Origin: Albugo candida
Lineage: Eukaryota
Assembly: GCA_040437565.1 (NCBI GenBank)
Contig: JBDOQK010000041.1
Location: forward strand, 124,001-188,000
Length of the DNA: 64,000 nt
Direction: 5' to 3'
The position numbers were made by a program, and so were the translations under genes. Below the pieces are notes generated by a model, which made no database searches, was not told the origin of the DNA, and saw nothing but the letters and a program-made list of their open reading frames with translations. This document shows positions 50,043 to 63,399 of the stretch, in pieces; the stretch's first letter is position 1, and each line of letters begins with the position of its first letter.

Positions 50043-51313
50043 ATGAGCCGTGACTTGATCAAAAAGGAGCTCCATGCGCTTTACTTTCTGCGCCATTTGA
50101 AATCACTTTCGGAAGGATATGAGCTTCAAGACTCAAACCGCGTCGTACTTGTACGTGCTTCTTGCCACAACAGGCATACTGACTGACATGGATTCGCAAC
50201 GAGGCTTTTTTTTGCATCCACGGTTTGGCTATACTGAACGAGCTTCATCGAGTGGATAAAGGCGTAATTATAGAATGGGTGTATGCGTTACAAACTCAGT
50301 TTTGCGACTTAGAATGTCAGTAAGAGGCGTCCATTGGAGGCAAACGATCTGATTGAGAGAACGTAGCAGGAAAAATTGTTGGTGGATTTCGTGGTAGCGT
50401 GTGGTTCGGTCGATCTGATTCGGTAAATATGACAATGCGCTTTTCGCATATTTACCAATTATGTCATGTAGACGGAAAACAATAGCGCGCAATTTGACGA
50501 AAGCAGCATCGCAGCGACTTACGCGGCGCTAAGTATTTTGAAAACACTGGGGGATGATCACAGCCGGGTAAACAAGAAAGCAATTGTTCAGATGCTTCGA
50601 AAGCTGCAAAGTTCTTCAGGATGGTACCGGCGCACATCCTTGCTCGTATTTCCTCTCCGTTTTAACAACATGAAGCTTTTCCTCGATCAGACTCGGCTCG
50701 GAGCAGGATATGCGGTTTATCTTTTGCGCTTGTGCGATTTCCTACTTGCTGGATGATTGGTCGGGAGTCGATAAGTCGTTGATGTGTCACTACATCAACA
50801 AATGTCGGGTAGGTCGTATGAATGTTTGATGAAAGGGGCTTGCTGACAAAACGACCATAGAATTATGACGGTAGCATTGGTATCGCTCCTGGGGCGGAAG
50901 GACAAGGGGGTGCTGTTTTTTGTGCAATCGCAGCGTTAAAGCTTTCTGGATGTGAGAGAAACTTGGATTGTGACCAGAAAAAATTGATTCGTTGGCTGGT
51001 ATTTCGCCAGCAAAATGGATTTCAGGGACGATGTAATAAGGAACCCGACTCGTGCTACGCTTTTTGGAATGGAGGAGCATTGGATTTATTGGAACGTCAC
51101 ACATTTGTTGACATCGAAAGCATTCGAAATTTCGTTGTATCGTGTCAGCATCCATTGGGAGGATTTGGCAAGTATCCCGACGCATTTCCAGATGTGATGC
51201 ATTCTTACTATAGTCTTGCATGGTTGAGCATCGCGAGTCGATCAAGTCGAAGCTTGGGTATAGAGGGCTTGATTCCAATGGACACAAAGCTGCAAATTCC
51301 CTATTGTGCTTAA
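50043..51313 (+). CDS. PGGT1B: Geranylgeranyltransferase type I beta subunit, multi-exon
   Basis: H..YF.R.L..L......DSNR, DMRFIFCACAI, NYDGSIG, GFQGRCNKEPDSCYAFW and PDVMHSYYSL. Confidence 0.9.
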
Positions 51314-51353
51314 GGATGCTTCGAAGCGTCCACTACTGGACGCACAAGTTTTT

Positions 51354-52352
51354 TTACGTGAGTATTTCAATCCCATTATCAGTGACCAAAATGGTGTGCT
51401 CGGCTTGAGCAGCTCTTGAACCATCCGCCGTTGCTACTGTCCATGCGTCATCCCAATAGACCAGCTAATTAAAAGTATACCATCTGTCAGTATTAGTATA
51501 AACCAACGTCTATACTCACATCAGGTTTCCCAATACATATCGGAGGCTCGATAGTGAACGCCATTCCTGGCAGCATTCGTGTATCTTCCTGATTACGATT
51601 ATGCAACACATAAGGATAACAATGGAACTCCTCACCGATCCCATGTCCCGCGTACTCTTCAATAACCGAAAATCCGTTTTCCTCACACATATCCTCAACG
51701 ACATCACCGATTACTGAAAAATAGCTATAAGGGGCGCATCTCTCAATAGAAGCCATCAGTGCCTCATTGGTGACGCGAATGAGTTGCTTGTTACTCTCTT
51801 CCACAGAACCGACCTCTACCATCCGAGAGGTATCGCCATGGAAGCCTCTTATATAAACTGACACATCGATATTGACTATGTCTCCATCTGCTAACGGCCG
51901 ACTAAGTGGTTAGAGTGCACCGTTGTCAGCTACTTCATACGACTTTTCATGATTATAACTCACCTGTCGGGAATTCCATGGACCACCACTTCATTCACCG
52001 ATGTACAAATGCTCTTGGGGTACCCGCCATAATTCAGCGGCGAAGGATACGCTCGATGGCGTATGATCTCATCGTGTACCAATCGATCGATTTCATCTGT
52101 TGTTTGGCCAATATGCACCTGTTTTGCTGCAAATCCGCACATTTCTTTGGCTAATTGACAAGCCGTTCTTAAACCCATTTGCTGGGTAGCATCTAGTATC
52201 GGTATGGACGAATTCCATGATGATGTTTGCATGTTGGACGCATACGGCGGTTTCTCAATAAAATTAGGAACCTTCCGCAGGGGTGACACCGCTCCTGGTT
52301 GCACGCGTTGCGACTGTGCAGCTGCGTGTGATAACGCGCGGCGGAATCGCAT
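51354..52352 (-). CDS. Methionine aminopeptidase type 1, organellar (METAP1D-like)
   Basis: [46 protein letters not shown] and [10 protein letters not shown]; Arg-rich presequence. Confidence 0.93.
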
Positions 52353-52415
52353 TGTTGGAGGAGATGGCGAATACATTATAAAGCGATTTAACACTATTCA
52401 TTTCAGTTATCGTTC

Positions 52416-52762
52416 TTAGCGACGAATTCTTGCCAATAAGCGTGCAAGCATTGGCGTGGCTGTGATCGTCAGTAATCCTCTGGCTGGGCCTACGAATGAA
52501 TGTATAAATAGAAAATTCAGCAATACCGATACAATCGCATACCAGTGGCCAAGGTTGCGATATAAGCACATGCGAGTGAGCCTGCACTGGCGTCGACTTT
52601 CCGAGCGTCTACCATCGGAATCCTATCAAGAAAGGTTTTCACATCGACGCCACTACGAATCACACCATATGAAGCCCCAAATGTTGCAGCGAACATGCTC
52701 GCGTGAAAAGCTGCTGCAATTTTCCCGTATTTTTTCATCACAACCCGAAGTTGTTGCTTCAT
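52416..52762 (-). CDS. DUF1279/FAM210-like small membrane protein
   Basis: LRVVMKKYG..A...H, SGVDV, AGSLACAY and P.R..LT...TP; one intron. Confidence 0.75.
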
Positions 52763-53126
52763 TGCTTCTTTGTAACTTGAAATCAATTATTTTAGCCAAT
52801 CAAAAGTGGCATTGACAGGCTCGTATAACGCATTATGTCCATGTCGTAGTCGTTCAGAGATTTGATGCACGAAGTTTCCTGTGCAATTTTGCTCTTCTTC
52901 AAGCCGCTACTCCGTGCTGCCGCAAAGATATCGCAAAATTTCGCATATGAGAAACATCTAGCATTCCAAATTGCCTGAGGTATAGAATCGTCAGCTTAAT
53001 ATATGCCGAGGCTTGCTATATATTATCACGGCCACCGCATCCGGGAGGAAAGTAGCGATAATAGTTGACGGTTCCGAATTGTTGCTTGTACGGTAACACC
53101 GGTTTTTAACGGTATCTAGGTTTCAT

Positions 53127-54047
53127 ATGGAACGGCAGCTTTTGGTGCTTTCTACGGGTCAGCATGTCGGCAAAACTACAGTGAGCTTGGGTCTGATCCA
53201 GTACTTGAAGAAGAAATTCGAAGGTTCAAATAAAAATATTGCTTATTGCAAACCTGTTGGTCAACAGCATATTCCTGTCGGTGATAATTTGAGAGTGGAT
53301 AAGGTACCCGCATTGAATTAGCTTGCATCTATGGTTACGCGCTGACATCAAAGTACAGGATGCGTACTTATTCAAAGAATACTTCAAATTGGTGCACGAC
53401 TATCAGCACATGTCTCCTGTTATATTTCCAAATGGATTTACGCGCGATTATATTGACGGAAAAGTGACATCAGAGCAGTTGTATCAGTCGATCCAGCGGG
53501 CACATGACACCTTGTATAGCCAAAGCGATTATTTGGTATGTGAAGGAACAGGTCATACAGGAGTGGGATCAATTTGTGATCTGAACAACGCTCAAGTTGC
53601 AGGTGGCTGATATTTATTTATCGTCGAGCCAATTCTGATGTAATTTTTGTTTAGCGCGTTTGGGTATGAGCGTTATTTGTGTGACTTTGGGAGGACTTGG
53701 ATCTTCATTTGATCAATTGACAATGAATCGGGAATTACTTGAAAAGCATGGTGTCCGCCTTCGGGTTCGTTTCTAAAAGCACGCACTCCGTTGGAGATCT
53801 ACAAAGTCTTATTACCATACAATAGGGAGTCATTCTTAACAAAGTGAATGCAGAGAAGTTACCGATGATAAAGGTACTGTTATCGAGAGACACACGAAAC
53901 CATGCTGACATTGCTGGGTGTTTAGAACTACTTTTCACGAGCACTGCAACGATGGGATGTCCCGCTTCTCGGATGCATTCCGGATCTCCCCGATCTTTCT
54001 CGTCCCACAATGGCAGATTATTGCAAATTGTTTCGGTCTACGTTGAT
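53127..54047 (+). other. Partial copy of the PTA-N/BioD-like gene, truncated at the gap
   Basis: Identical to 56262-57182. Confidence 0.85.
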
Positions 54048-54147
54048 NNNNNNNNNNNNNNNNNNNNNNNNNNNNNNNNNNNNNNNNNNNNNNNNNNNNN
54101 NNNNNNNNNNNNNNNNNNNNNNNNNNNNNNNNNNNNNNNNNNNNNNN

Positions 54148-57100
54148 AAATGGATTTCAGGGACGATGTAATAAGGAACCCGACTCGTGCTACGCTTTTT
54201 GGAATGGAGGAGCATTGGATTTATTGGAACGTCACACATTTGTTGACATCGAAAGCATTCGAAATTTCGTTGTATCGTGTCAGCATCCATTGGGAGGATT
54301 TGGCAAGTATCCCGACGCATTTCCAGATGTGATGCATTCTTACTATAGTCTTGCATGGTTGAGCATCGCGAGTCGATCAAGTCGAAGCTTGGGTATAGAG
54401 GGCTTGATTCCAATGGACACAAAGCTGCAAATTCCCTATTGTGCTTAAGGATGCTTCGAAGCGTCCACTACTGGACGCACAAGTTTTTTTACGTGAGTAT
54501 TTCAATCCCATTATCAGTGACCAAAATGGTGTGCTCGGCTTGAGCAGCTCTTGAACCATCCGCCGTTGCTACTGTCCATGCGTCATCCCAATAGACCAGC
54601 TAATTAAAAGTATACCATCTGTCAGTATTAGTATAAACCAACGTCTATACTCACATCAGGTTTCCCAATACATATCGGAGGCTCGATAGTGAACGCCATT
54701 CCTGGCAGCATTCGTGTATCTTCCTGATTACGATTATGCAACACATAAGGATAACAATGGAACTCCTCACCGATCCCATGTCCCGCGTACTCTTCAATAA
54801 CCGAAAATCCGTTTTCCTCACACATATCCTCAACGACATCACCGATTACTGAAAAATAGCTATAAGGGGCGCATCTCTCAATAGAAGCCATCAGTGCCTC
54901 ATTGGTGACGCGAATGAGTTGCTTGTTACTCTCTTCCACAGAACCGACCTCTACCATCCGAGAGGTATCGCCATGGAAGCCTCTTATATAAACTGACACA
55001 TCGATATTGACTATGTCTCCATCTGCTAACGGCCGACTAAGTGGTTAGAGTGCACCGTTGTCAGCTACTTCATACGACTTTTCATGATTATAACTCACCT
55101 GTCGGGAATTCCATGGACCACCACTTCATTCACCGATGTACAAATGCTCTTGGGGTACCCGCCATAATTCAGCGGCGAAGGATACGCTCGATGGCGTATG
55201 ATCTCATCGTGTACCAATCGATCGATTTCATCTGTTGTTTGGCCAATATGCACCTGTTTTGCTGCAAATCCGCACATTTCTTTGGCTAATTGACAAGCCG
55301 TTCTTAAACCCATTTGCTGGGTAGCATCTAGTATCGGTATGGACGAATTCCATGATGATGTTTGCATGTTGGACGCATACGGCGGTTTCTCAATAAAATT
55401 AGGAACCTTCCGCAGGGGTGACACCGCTCCTGGTTGCACGCGTTGCGACTGTGCAGCTGCGTGTGATAACGCGCGGCGGAATCGCATTGTTGGAGGAGAT
55501 GGCGAATACATTATAAAGCGATTTAACACTATTCATTTCAGTTATCGTTCTTAGCGACGAATTCTTGCCAATAAGCGTGCAAGCATTGGCGTGGCTGTGA
55601 TCGTCAGTAATCCTCTGGCTGGGCCTACGAATGAATGTATAAATAGAAAATTCAGCAATACCGATACAATCGCATACCAGTGGCCAAGGTTGCGATATAA
55701 GCACATGCGAGTGAGCCTGCACTGGCGTCGACTTTCCGAGCGTCTACCATCGGAATCCTATCAAGAAAGGTTTTCACATCGACGCCACTACGAATCACAC
55801 CATATGAAGCCCCAAATGTTGCAGCGAACATGCTCGCGTGAAAAGCTGCTGCAATTTTCCCGTATTTTTTCATCACAACCCGAAGTTGTTGCTTCATTGC
55901 TTCTTTGTAACTTGAAATCAATTATTTTAGCCAATCAAAAGTGGCATTGACAGGCTCGTATAACGCATTATGTCCATGTCGTAGTCGTTCAGAGATTTGA
56001 TGCACGAAGTTTCCTGTGCAATTTTGCTCTTCTTCAAGCCGCTACTCCGTGCTGCCGCAAAGATATCGCAAAATTTCGCATATGAGAAACATCTAGCATT
56101 CCAAATTGCCTGAGGTATAGAATCGTCAGCTTAATATATGCCGAGGCTTGCTATATATTATCACGGCCACCGCATCCGGGAGGAAAGTAGCGATAATAGT
56201 TGACGGTTCCGAATTGTTGCTTGTACGGTAACACCGGTTTTTAACGGTATCTAGGTTTCATATGGAACGGCAGCTTTTGGTGCTTTCTACGGGTCAGCAT
56301 GTCGGCAAAACTACAGTGAGCTTGGGTCTGATCCAGTACTTGAAGAAGAAATTCGAAGGTTCAAATAAAAATATTGCTTATTGCAAACCTGTTGGTCAAC
56401 AGCATATTCCTGTCGGTGATAATTTGAGAGTGGATAAGGTACCCGCATTGAATTAGCTTGCATCTATGGTTACGCGCTGACATCAAAGTACAGGATGCGT
56501 ACTTATTCAAAGAATACTTCAAATTGGTGCACGACTATCAGCACATGTCTCCTGTTATATTTCCAAATGGATTTACGCGCGATTATATTGACGGAAAAGT
56601 GACATCAGAGCAGTTGTATCAGTCGATCCAGCGGGCACATGACACCTTGTATAGCCAAAGCGATTATTTGGTATGTGAAGGAACAGGTCATACAGGAGTG
56701 GGATCAATTTGTGATCTGAACAACGCTCAAGTTGCAGGTGGCTGATATTTATTTATCGTCGAGCCAATTCTGATGTAATTTTTGTTTAGCGCGTTTGGGT
56801 ATGAGCGTTATTTGTGTGACTTTGGGAGGACTTGGATCTTCATTTGATCAATTGACAATGAATCGGGAATTACTTGAAAAGCATGGTGTCCGCCTTCGGG
56901 TTCGTTTCTAAAAGCACGCACTCCGTTGGAGATCTACAAAGTCTTATTACCATACAATAGGGAGTCATTCTTAACAAAGTGAATGCAGAGAAGTTACCGA
57001 TGATAAAGGTACTGTTATCGAGAGACACACGAAACCATGCTGACATTGCTGGGTGTTTAGAACTACTTTTCACGAGCACTGCAACGATGGGATGTCCCGC

Positions 57101-57182
57101 TTCTCGGATGCATTCCGGATCTCCCCGATCTTTCTCGTCCCACAATGGCAGATTATTGCAAATTGTTTCGGTCTACGTTGAT
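54148..57182. repeat. 3035-bp direct duplicate of 51013-54047: GGTase 3' end, MetAP copy 54489-55487, DUF1279 copy 55551-55897 and PTA-N 5' part
   Basis: Offset 3135, identical ORF translations, flanks a 100-N gap. Confidence 0.95.
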
Positions 57183-57713
57183 ATCTGGTACACAATGGTG
57201 CTTTATACCTCTATCTCCCTCGCTAAACGCGATTGTATAATTAGGGGAGAAAGCGTGGTTAAGACACTTTTCCAGTATTCGTCTAGCTTTAGCACCGGTG
57301 GATGATAAAAATATTTTTAAAGCCATCCCAAAGCAGCTCGTTATCACAGTACGTTGATCCTAGAAGCAGTGCGTGATTCATAATTGAGACGTGAAATGAC
57401 GTAGCACACAGGTCGAATGGATGTGATTGACGCCATTCTGGGGAATCAAACTGCCAGCATTCCTCACGGAAGAGACTTACAATCCGGACTTATCATGACA
57501 GGATGGAACCCTCCGCCGGCAGACTTGAAGCAGAAGCTGGACTTGGCAAATATCCCGTGCATTTACGTGTCACCCGATAAAGCCGATAGCTATACGCTGA
57601 CAACTCGCCTGGCAACTTTCACAGCGAAAATAAGACTTGAAGATACCGATCGCCTAAATCTGGCAGCAAAGCATGTATTACAATCTTGCGATTTCAGTAG
57701 TATTTGTATGTAA
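56262..57713 (+). CDS. Stand-alone BioD-like (AAA_26) plus DRTGG-like protein related to the phosphotransacetylase N-terminal region; about 6 introns
   Basis: P-loop STGQHVGKTT, YCKPVGQ, CEGTGHTGVGS, LNNAQVA and GVILNKV; no PTA catalytic domain follows. Confidence 0.8.
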
Positions 57714-57805
57714 CTCTGCAAATATCCAAGAGCTACTTATGCGTCATTGTGACTTGACAAACTCTCACAAGTTTCTAAATCACTCGGCAGGAACTCTGTC
57801 GCAAT

Positions 57806-58627
57806 TTAAGATGGCAACGCCATCTTTTTTCCGTGATATTTACTACATAAAAGATCACATTTGTCAGACATAATTGAGACAGATCTATCGGTGTACCTAA
57901 TGGCGTAGTAATAGAAGAAATCCACATAGAGAGCTGTTTGCACCATTCCGGCAATAAACATGAGCCATATCATGTGGTAAGACTTTTCCGTCGACGCCCG
58001 ATAGATCCAATTCAGTACATAGCATGATCGATAAATTCCCAGAAGAACGACATAATTGCTTGTAAGATTCTCTACTTCCCCATGCCTTTGAAGCAGAATA
58101 AGCTGAGGGACGATCGCAACAGCTTCCAAGTAAATAGAAAATGTCCAAAAAATCTATATGATTTTTCGTAAGTACGATACATTCGATCTTGATCAAGTCG
58201 TATACCTCCATAAGCTCAAAATGCTCGTTGAAAATGATTGCCAACAGGGCGCACGGAAGGACAGCAAATTTGAAGTGTAAAAATGCATCCTGTGTTTTAT
58301 CATACGAGCTCCGAAAGGGTTCTTTACACCGTATCACATAGACCACAGCGCCAGAAAACGCCAAAAACAGAAGCTTCATTGCCGTATTGTAAAAGCTCAC
58401 AAAGTGAGTGAATAGATCCAAATAACGTGTTATGAACACAAGGAGGAAGAGCTCTTGTGATTTCAGCGATATGCCTTATCATGATGGGAAAAACGTCGGT
58501 CAGTGATAGAAAAAAAGAACTTAGTGACTTTTGTACCAGAGGCAGAACGAGAAGCCAGCAATTTAAGCAGTAAGACCAGAAAGCTGATCAAATGCGTCAT
58601 ATCGCCGACGAAACGAAAGATATTCAT
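57806..58627 (-). CDS. ERD2: ER lumen protein-retaining (KDEL/HDEL) receptor
   Basis: MNIFRFVGDMTHL, GISLKSQEL, TRYLDLF, EAVAIVPQL and DFFYYY; three introns. Confidence 0.96.
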
Positions 58628-59516
58628 GGTAAATATGTAAATGTAATTGGAGCGTCGATGGCAGTGGCAGTGCTTTAATTCGTCAAGCCACGCGTTTGGT
58701 GTGGCCTTTTAGGTAATAAGTACGGTATGAATGGANNNNNNNNNNNNNNNNNNNNNNNNNNNNNNNNNNNNNNNNNNNNNNNNNNNNNNNNNNNNNNNNN
58801 NNNNNNNNNNNNNNNNNNNNNNNNNNNNNNNNNNNGTGGCCTTTTAGGTAATAAGTACGGTATGAATGGATATATATGCAGTGTTGACTTAATTGGATGA
58901 ATGTTCGTTTTGTCACTATTTGCTTCTCTTAAATCGTTTTGGGTTGAAGCATAAGCGCTCAGCGTCAAAAATTCGATAATATCGACTTTCTAAAAGAAAA
59001 TATGATGTAGTTCCTCGTATTGTGTAGATAGCATGTTGGTGGGGGTGGTTTGACTTGCCTATTGGACTTTAAAGAAAAAAACTCGGCAAAACAGCGATGA
59101 TAACGAGTACACTCATCCGGTCGAATAAGTCATCTTACAACATATACAGTCGAAGGCCTTTTATCCAGAGTATTTGTGAGCCACACTACTGAATATGCTA
59201 CGACCTTCATTCAGCCTATGGTCTGGCATCTGGGAGTACAAGCTTATCGTGATGCAGAAAACGTTTGGATTTTTGTACAGGGCTCATTGAATGATTGAAG
59301 TCATTAGCATTGCAAATTGATACGAAAGTAAGTACATTTTAACCACATTGGTTTGCTTTCATTGACACCGCTTTTAGATGAATGACACAGCTACGAAGAA
59401 CATTGCTGACTTTTTATTTTATCACCTACAAATATTGGCGATGTTAGGAGCATATGTTGATACTTACTTGCAAGTAACATTCCATTAAGTCATATTTTTG
59501 GACTTTGGCGATAAAA

Positions 59517-62500
59517 ATGCGACTATTTTCCTATTCAAAAAGGCGAAAGACCCTCTGCGGCCTTCTGACGATATCGAGACGATCAAAGTCAAGGAATATC
59601 ATCCAGAATAGATTCATTATCAGCGCCTTGGTGAGAAAGCTGTGCACCATCCCCTCAGATCGTAAGCATCTTCCTATAAAGCAGAGTGATCCAAAAATTG
59701 AAGCGTCGGTGTTTTGCATCAATATAGAGCATTCAAGCAGCTCCATAGCTTCCACGAAAAAGAATTGGCTCACCGAACCTCTTAGCAAAGATAATTTGCA
59801 TTCACAAGAAGAGAATCGCCGCGTGTTAACTTTAATACGAACGTTCAAGCAGGTCTTTTGTCTCGCTATATTTCGCGCTGTCGGATTTTAATAATGAATC
59901 GCAATAGTACGGTCACTACGTCGCGCAAATTGATCCATTGGAGAAGCGTACTATCAACCAAACGCCATGTCAACAACCTCTTATCCCTTCATGTCGTAGA
60001 GAAAAAGCTTCCCGAATTGGAACGATGGATCAGTGGCGATCGATGGGTAGAGGTTCCTTTCTTTGATAACTTCAATCTTCGTAATATCGCTTCAGCGAAT
60101 TTGCTGGAGCTGACAACGTATGGTATCAAAGCCTCTTTCCTCGAAGCAAAAGATCAGCACTACCAACTCTACTCGTAGGATTCACCTCAAAAGATCTGGA
60201 CCGCGAGTTCTTCATCGGAGATGACTTGGCCATAGGACCCGTTGCGACATTGCGTGATGTAAGAGGGCTTTATTCATCCAGCTTCCGGTTTCTTGATAGT
60301 AGATTTCAGATTGTCCAGGAGCTTCGAGAGCTTTTTTGTGGTCATATTGGGGTCGAATACCAACACCTTCGAAATCGAGAGGCTGCTCTTTGGATCCGCC
60401 AACAGCTCGAATACCACAAGGTTTCCAAAAAATGCTTCACACTTGACATTTGATCACTACGTTTCTGTGTAGGAATTGGTGCTGAGTGAGACAAAAAAAC
60501 TGGCTATAATGAATGATCTCTTACGCGCAAAGCTCTTTGAGCAATTTCTTGGCCGTCGATTCTCCGGTGCCAAGCGATTCTCTATTGAAGGTGGTGAAAG
60601 TCTCATTCCTGCGCTGAATGAACTTCTTCAACATGCCAGTGCGTATGGAATCGAAGTAGTGCATCTTGGAATGGCTCATCGTGGTCGCCTGAACGTTCTC
60701 GGAAATGTATTGAAATGCCCATTCCATATGATACTGTCTCAATTCCAGCCGTACCTTCCCGATGAACCAGAGTATCCCAACAACTCGGATGATGTTCGTT
60801 ATCACCTCGGAACAACTTCGACACTAGACATGCCAAGTGGAAAAAAGCTTGAAGTGACATTAGCAGCGAACCCTTCTCATCTTGAAGCAGTCAATTCCGT
60901 CGTTCTTGGCCAAGCCCGAGCTCGGCAAAGGCTCCTGAAGGACGAAGGACGACGTGTCATGCCAGTTTTACTACATGGTGACGCGTCTATGTTTCAAGGA
61001 TCTGTTCGCGAGGCTTTTGGATTCAGTGCTTTGGCGGATTACAAGACTGGCGGTACCATTCATCTAATTATCAACAATCAGATTGGATTCACGACTTTAC
61101 CAAAACACGCTGATTCTGCTGTTTACTGCAGGTAAATGTTTGGCTTTTACCGATCACTTATTCTCATTAATTGTATTAGTGACGTTGCCAAGATTTCAAG
61201 AAGTCCGATCTTCCACGTGAATGCCGATGATCCAGAAGCGGTTGTCAAAGTTATGCGAATGGCTGTCGAATTTCGTCAAACATTTTGTTGTGATGTTGCG
61301 ATTGACCTGGTTTGTTATCGTCGACATGGACATAATGAGCAAGATTCACCCGAGATTACAGCGCCTCTCATGTACCAATTGATTAGAAATCATCCAACTG
61401 TGCTGCTGCTGTATCGCGAAAAGCTAGAGGCCGATGGGATTCTATCAGAGGAAGCGTACTCAAATATGGTGGCTGACTTTGAGAAACGCTTGACACTCGG
61501 GTTCAAGCGATCTCAGGAGCTTCCTATTTCCTGGAACAACCAAAGTAATACATGGGAGAAGGAATGGTTTGAACGTAGCTCACGTATACGACGTGGTGAT
61601 CAATCAGAAGCCTCAAGTATCATCGCCGCAGAGGAGCAGAAGGAAGAGCAGGAGAAGGCAGTTTTTAGCAACAACAAATGCATTCCAACCGGTTTTGATA
61701 AGGAAATGTTGAGTCTAGTTGGCCAGGAATTGTTTCGCATTCCAGACGACTTTGCTGCACATCCAAAAGTATCCGCGATTATGAGAAATCGACTTCGTGC
61801 TTGTGAAACAGGCAATCAGATCGACTGGGGAACGGCTGAAATGCTTGCATTTGGCTCAGTGCTTATTGAAGGTCGACATATTCGTCTAAGCGGTCAAGAC
61901 TGCGAAAGAGGAACCTTCAATCAGCGTCACGCCGTTTTGTACGATCAGAGTCAGACATCCGGCTTTCGACACTTGAGATATACGCCGTTGAAAGTGCTGC
62001 CGATCGCCAAAATTCGCAAACAGTTTGGATGGACAAAAACAGAAGAATCTCCTGGAAGTTTTGACGTGTGCAATAGCCCTTTAAGTGAAGAAGGAGTGCT
62101 AGCTTTCGAGTATGGCTACTCTTTGCAATGTCCGTCTGATTTGACTATTTGGGAGGCACAATTTGGAGATTTCGCGAACGGAGCACAAACGATTATCGAT
62201 ACATTCATTACTTCAGGTGAACAGAAATGGCAGCGTCCCTCGAGTATCGTGTTGTGTCTACCACACGGCTACGAAGGACAAGGACCAGATCATAGCTCTG
62301 CACGCATGGAGCGATTTTTACAGATGCATAACGAGGACCCGGATCACTTTGTCACGGATGTGGAGGACGCTGATAAAAAAGCCAATTTCCACGTGCTACT
62401 TCCAACTACACCAGCACAATATTTCCACGCACTTCGTTTGCAAGTCATGAAAGAATCCCCGAAGCCACTTGTGTTATTTACTCCAAAATCGCTTCTGCAT

Positions 62501-63027
62501 CATCGTCCATGCTCATCCGACATGAATGATTTCGGAATCGGCTCTTCCTACGTCCGTGTCATGCCTCCACATCCACAAGATCAGCTCAAAGTGACGGACG
62601 ATGCCCATGTAAGCTCGCGATTTTGTGAATTGGAAAATTTTACTCATTCCAATATGCCTTTCAGGTCACGAAACTGATTTTCTGTAGTGGGAAAGTCTAT
62701 TTCCCATTGTTGCATGCTTCTCGCAGTCGATCCATTCAACATATCGCCACCGCGCGAATTGAGCAGTTGGCTCCATTTCCATTCCAAGCTATTGCGAATT
62801 GCATAACCAAGTATCCAAATGCCCAGCTCGTTTGGCTGCAAGAGGAGCCAAAAAATATGGGGGCCTACACGTTCGCGGAGCCGCGATTACGAACTGTTCT
62901 GAGGCATGTTGGTGATATCCGTTCCGTGACATATGTTGGCCGACCTTCGTCCGCATCGCCAGCAACAGGACAGTATGAAGTTCATTTGCAAGAAATGCGA
63001 GCTATTATAGACCAGGCGCTAACATAG
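59517..63027 (+). CDS. 2-oxoglutarate dehydrogenase E1-family protein, divergent, multi-exon
   Basis: [67 protein letters not shown] and QEEPKNMG. Confidence 0.93.
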
Positions 63028-63399
63028 CAGAAAGCACGCAATGGCACATGATAACCCAATCCTGTGGTATAAATGAAGACATGTTCTCATCCAAGTATTC
63101 TGCGAGATTGGCTTCCCAGTAAGGAAGAGTGTTGTGAAGGTTGGTAGTGCAAATAGCAATTTAGAACCGTAACAAAACACTTACAACAGCTAATCGAATC
63201 TTGACAGCACTGCCAAACGTGGCACCTTTCGTACAATCCGAATAAGCCAGGCAAGAATGAATTGATATTGCTTGGTTGGACTGGATTATTCTATTCGCCA
63301 ACATCATCTGCTTATCGAATTACATTCTTTCATCGAATTTTCAAGGAATCTGTCGATGCATTCTTTCTTTTCCAATCCTATTTGAAAGCCTTCGACGAT

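Noticed and set aside
51013..57182. Tandem duplication of the MetAP/DUF1279/PTA-N cluster as a real gene amplification
   Set aside because: The copies appear identical, end exactly at the N gap and truncate genes mid-sequence, the same pattern as seven other gaps.
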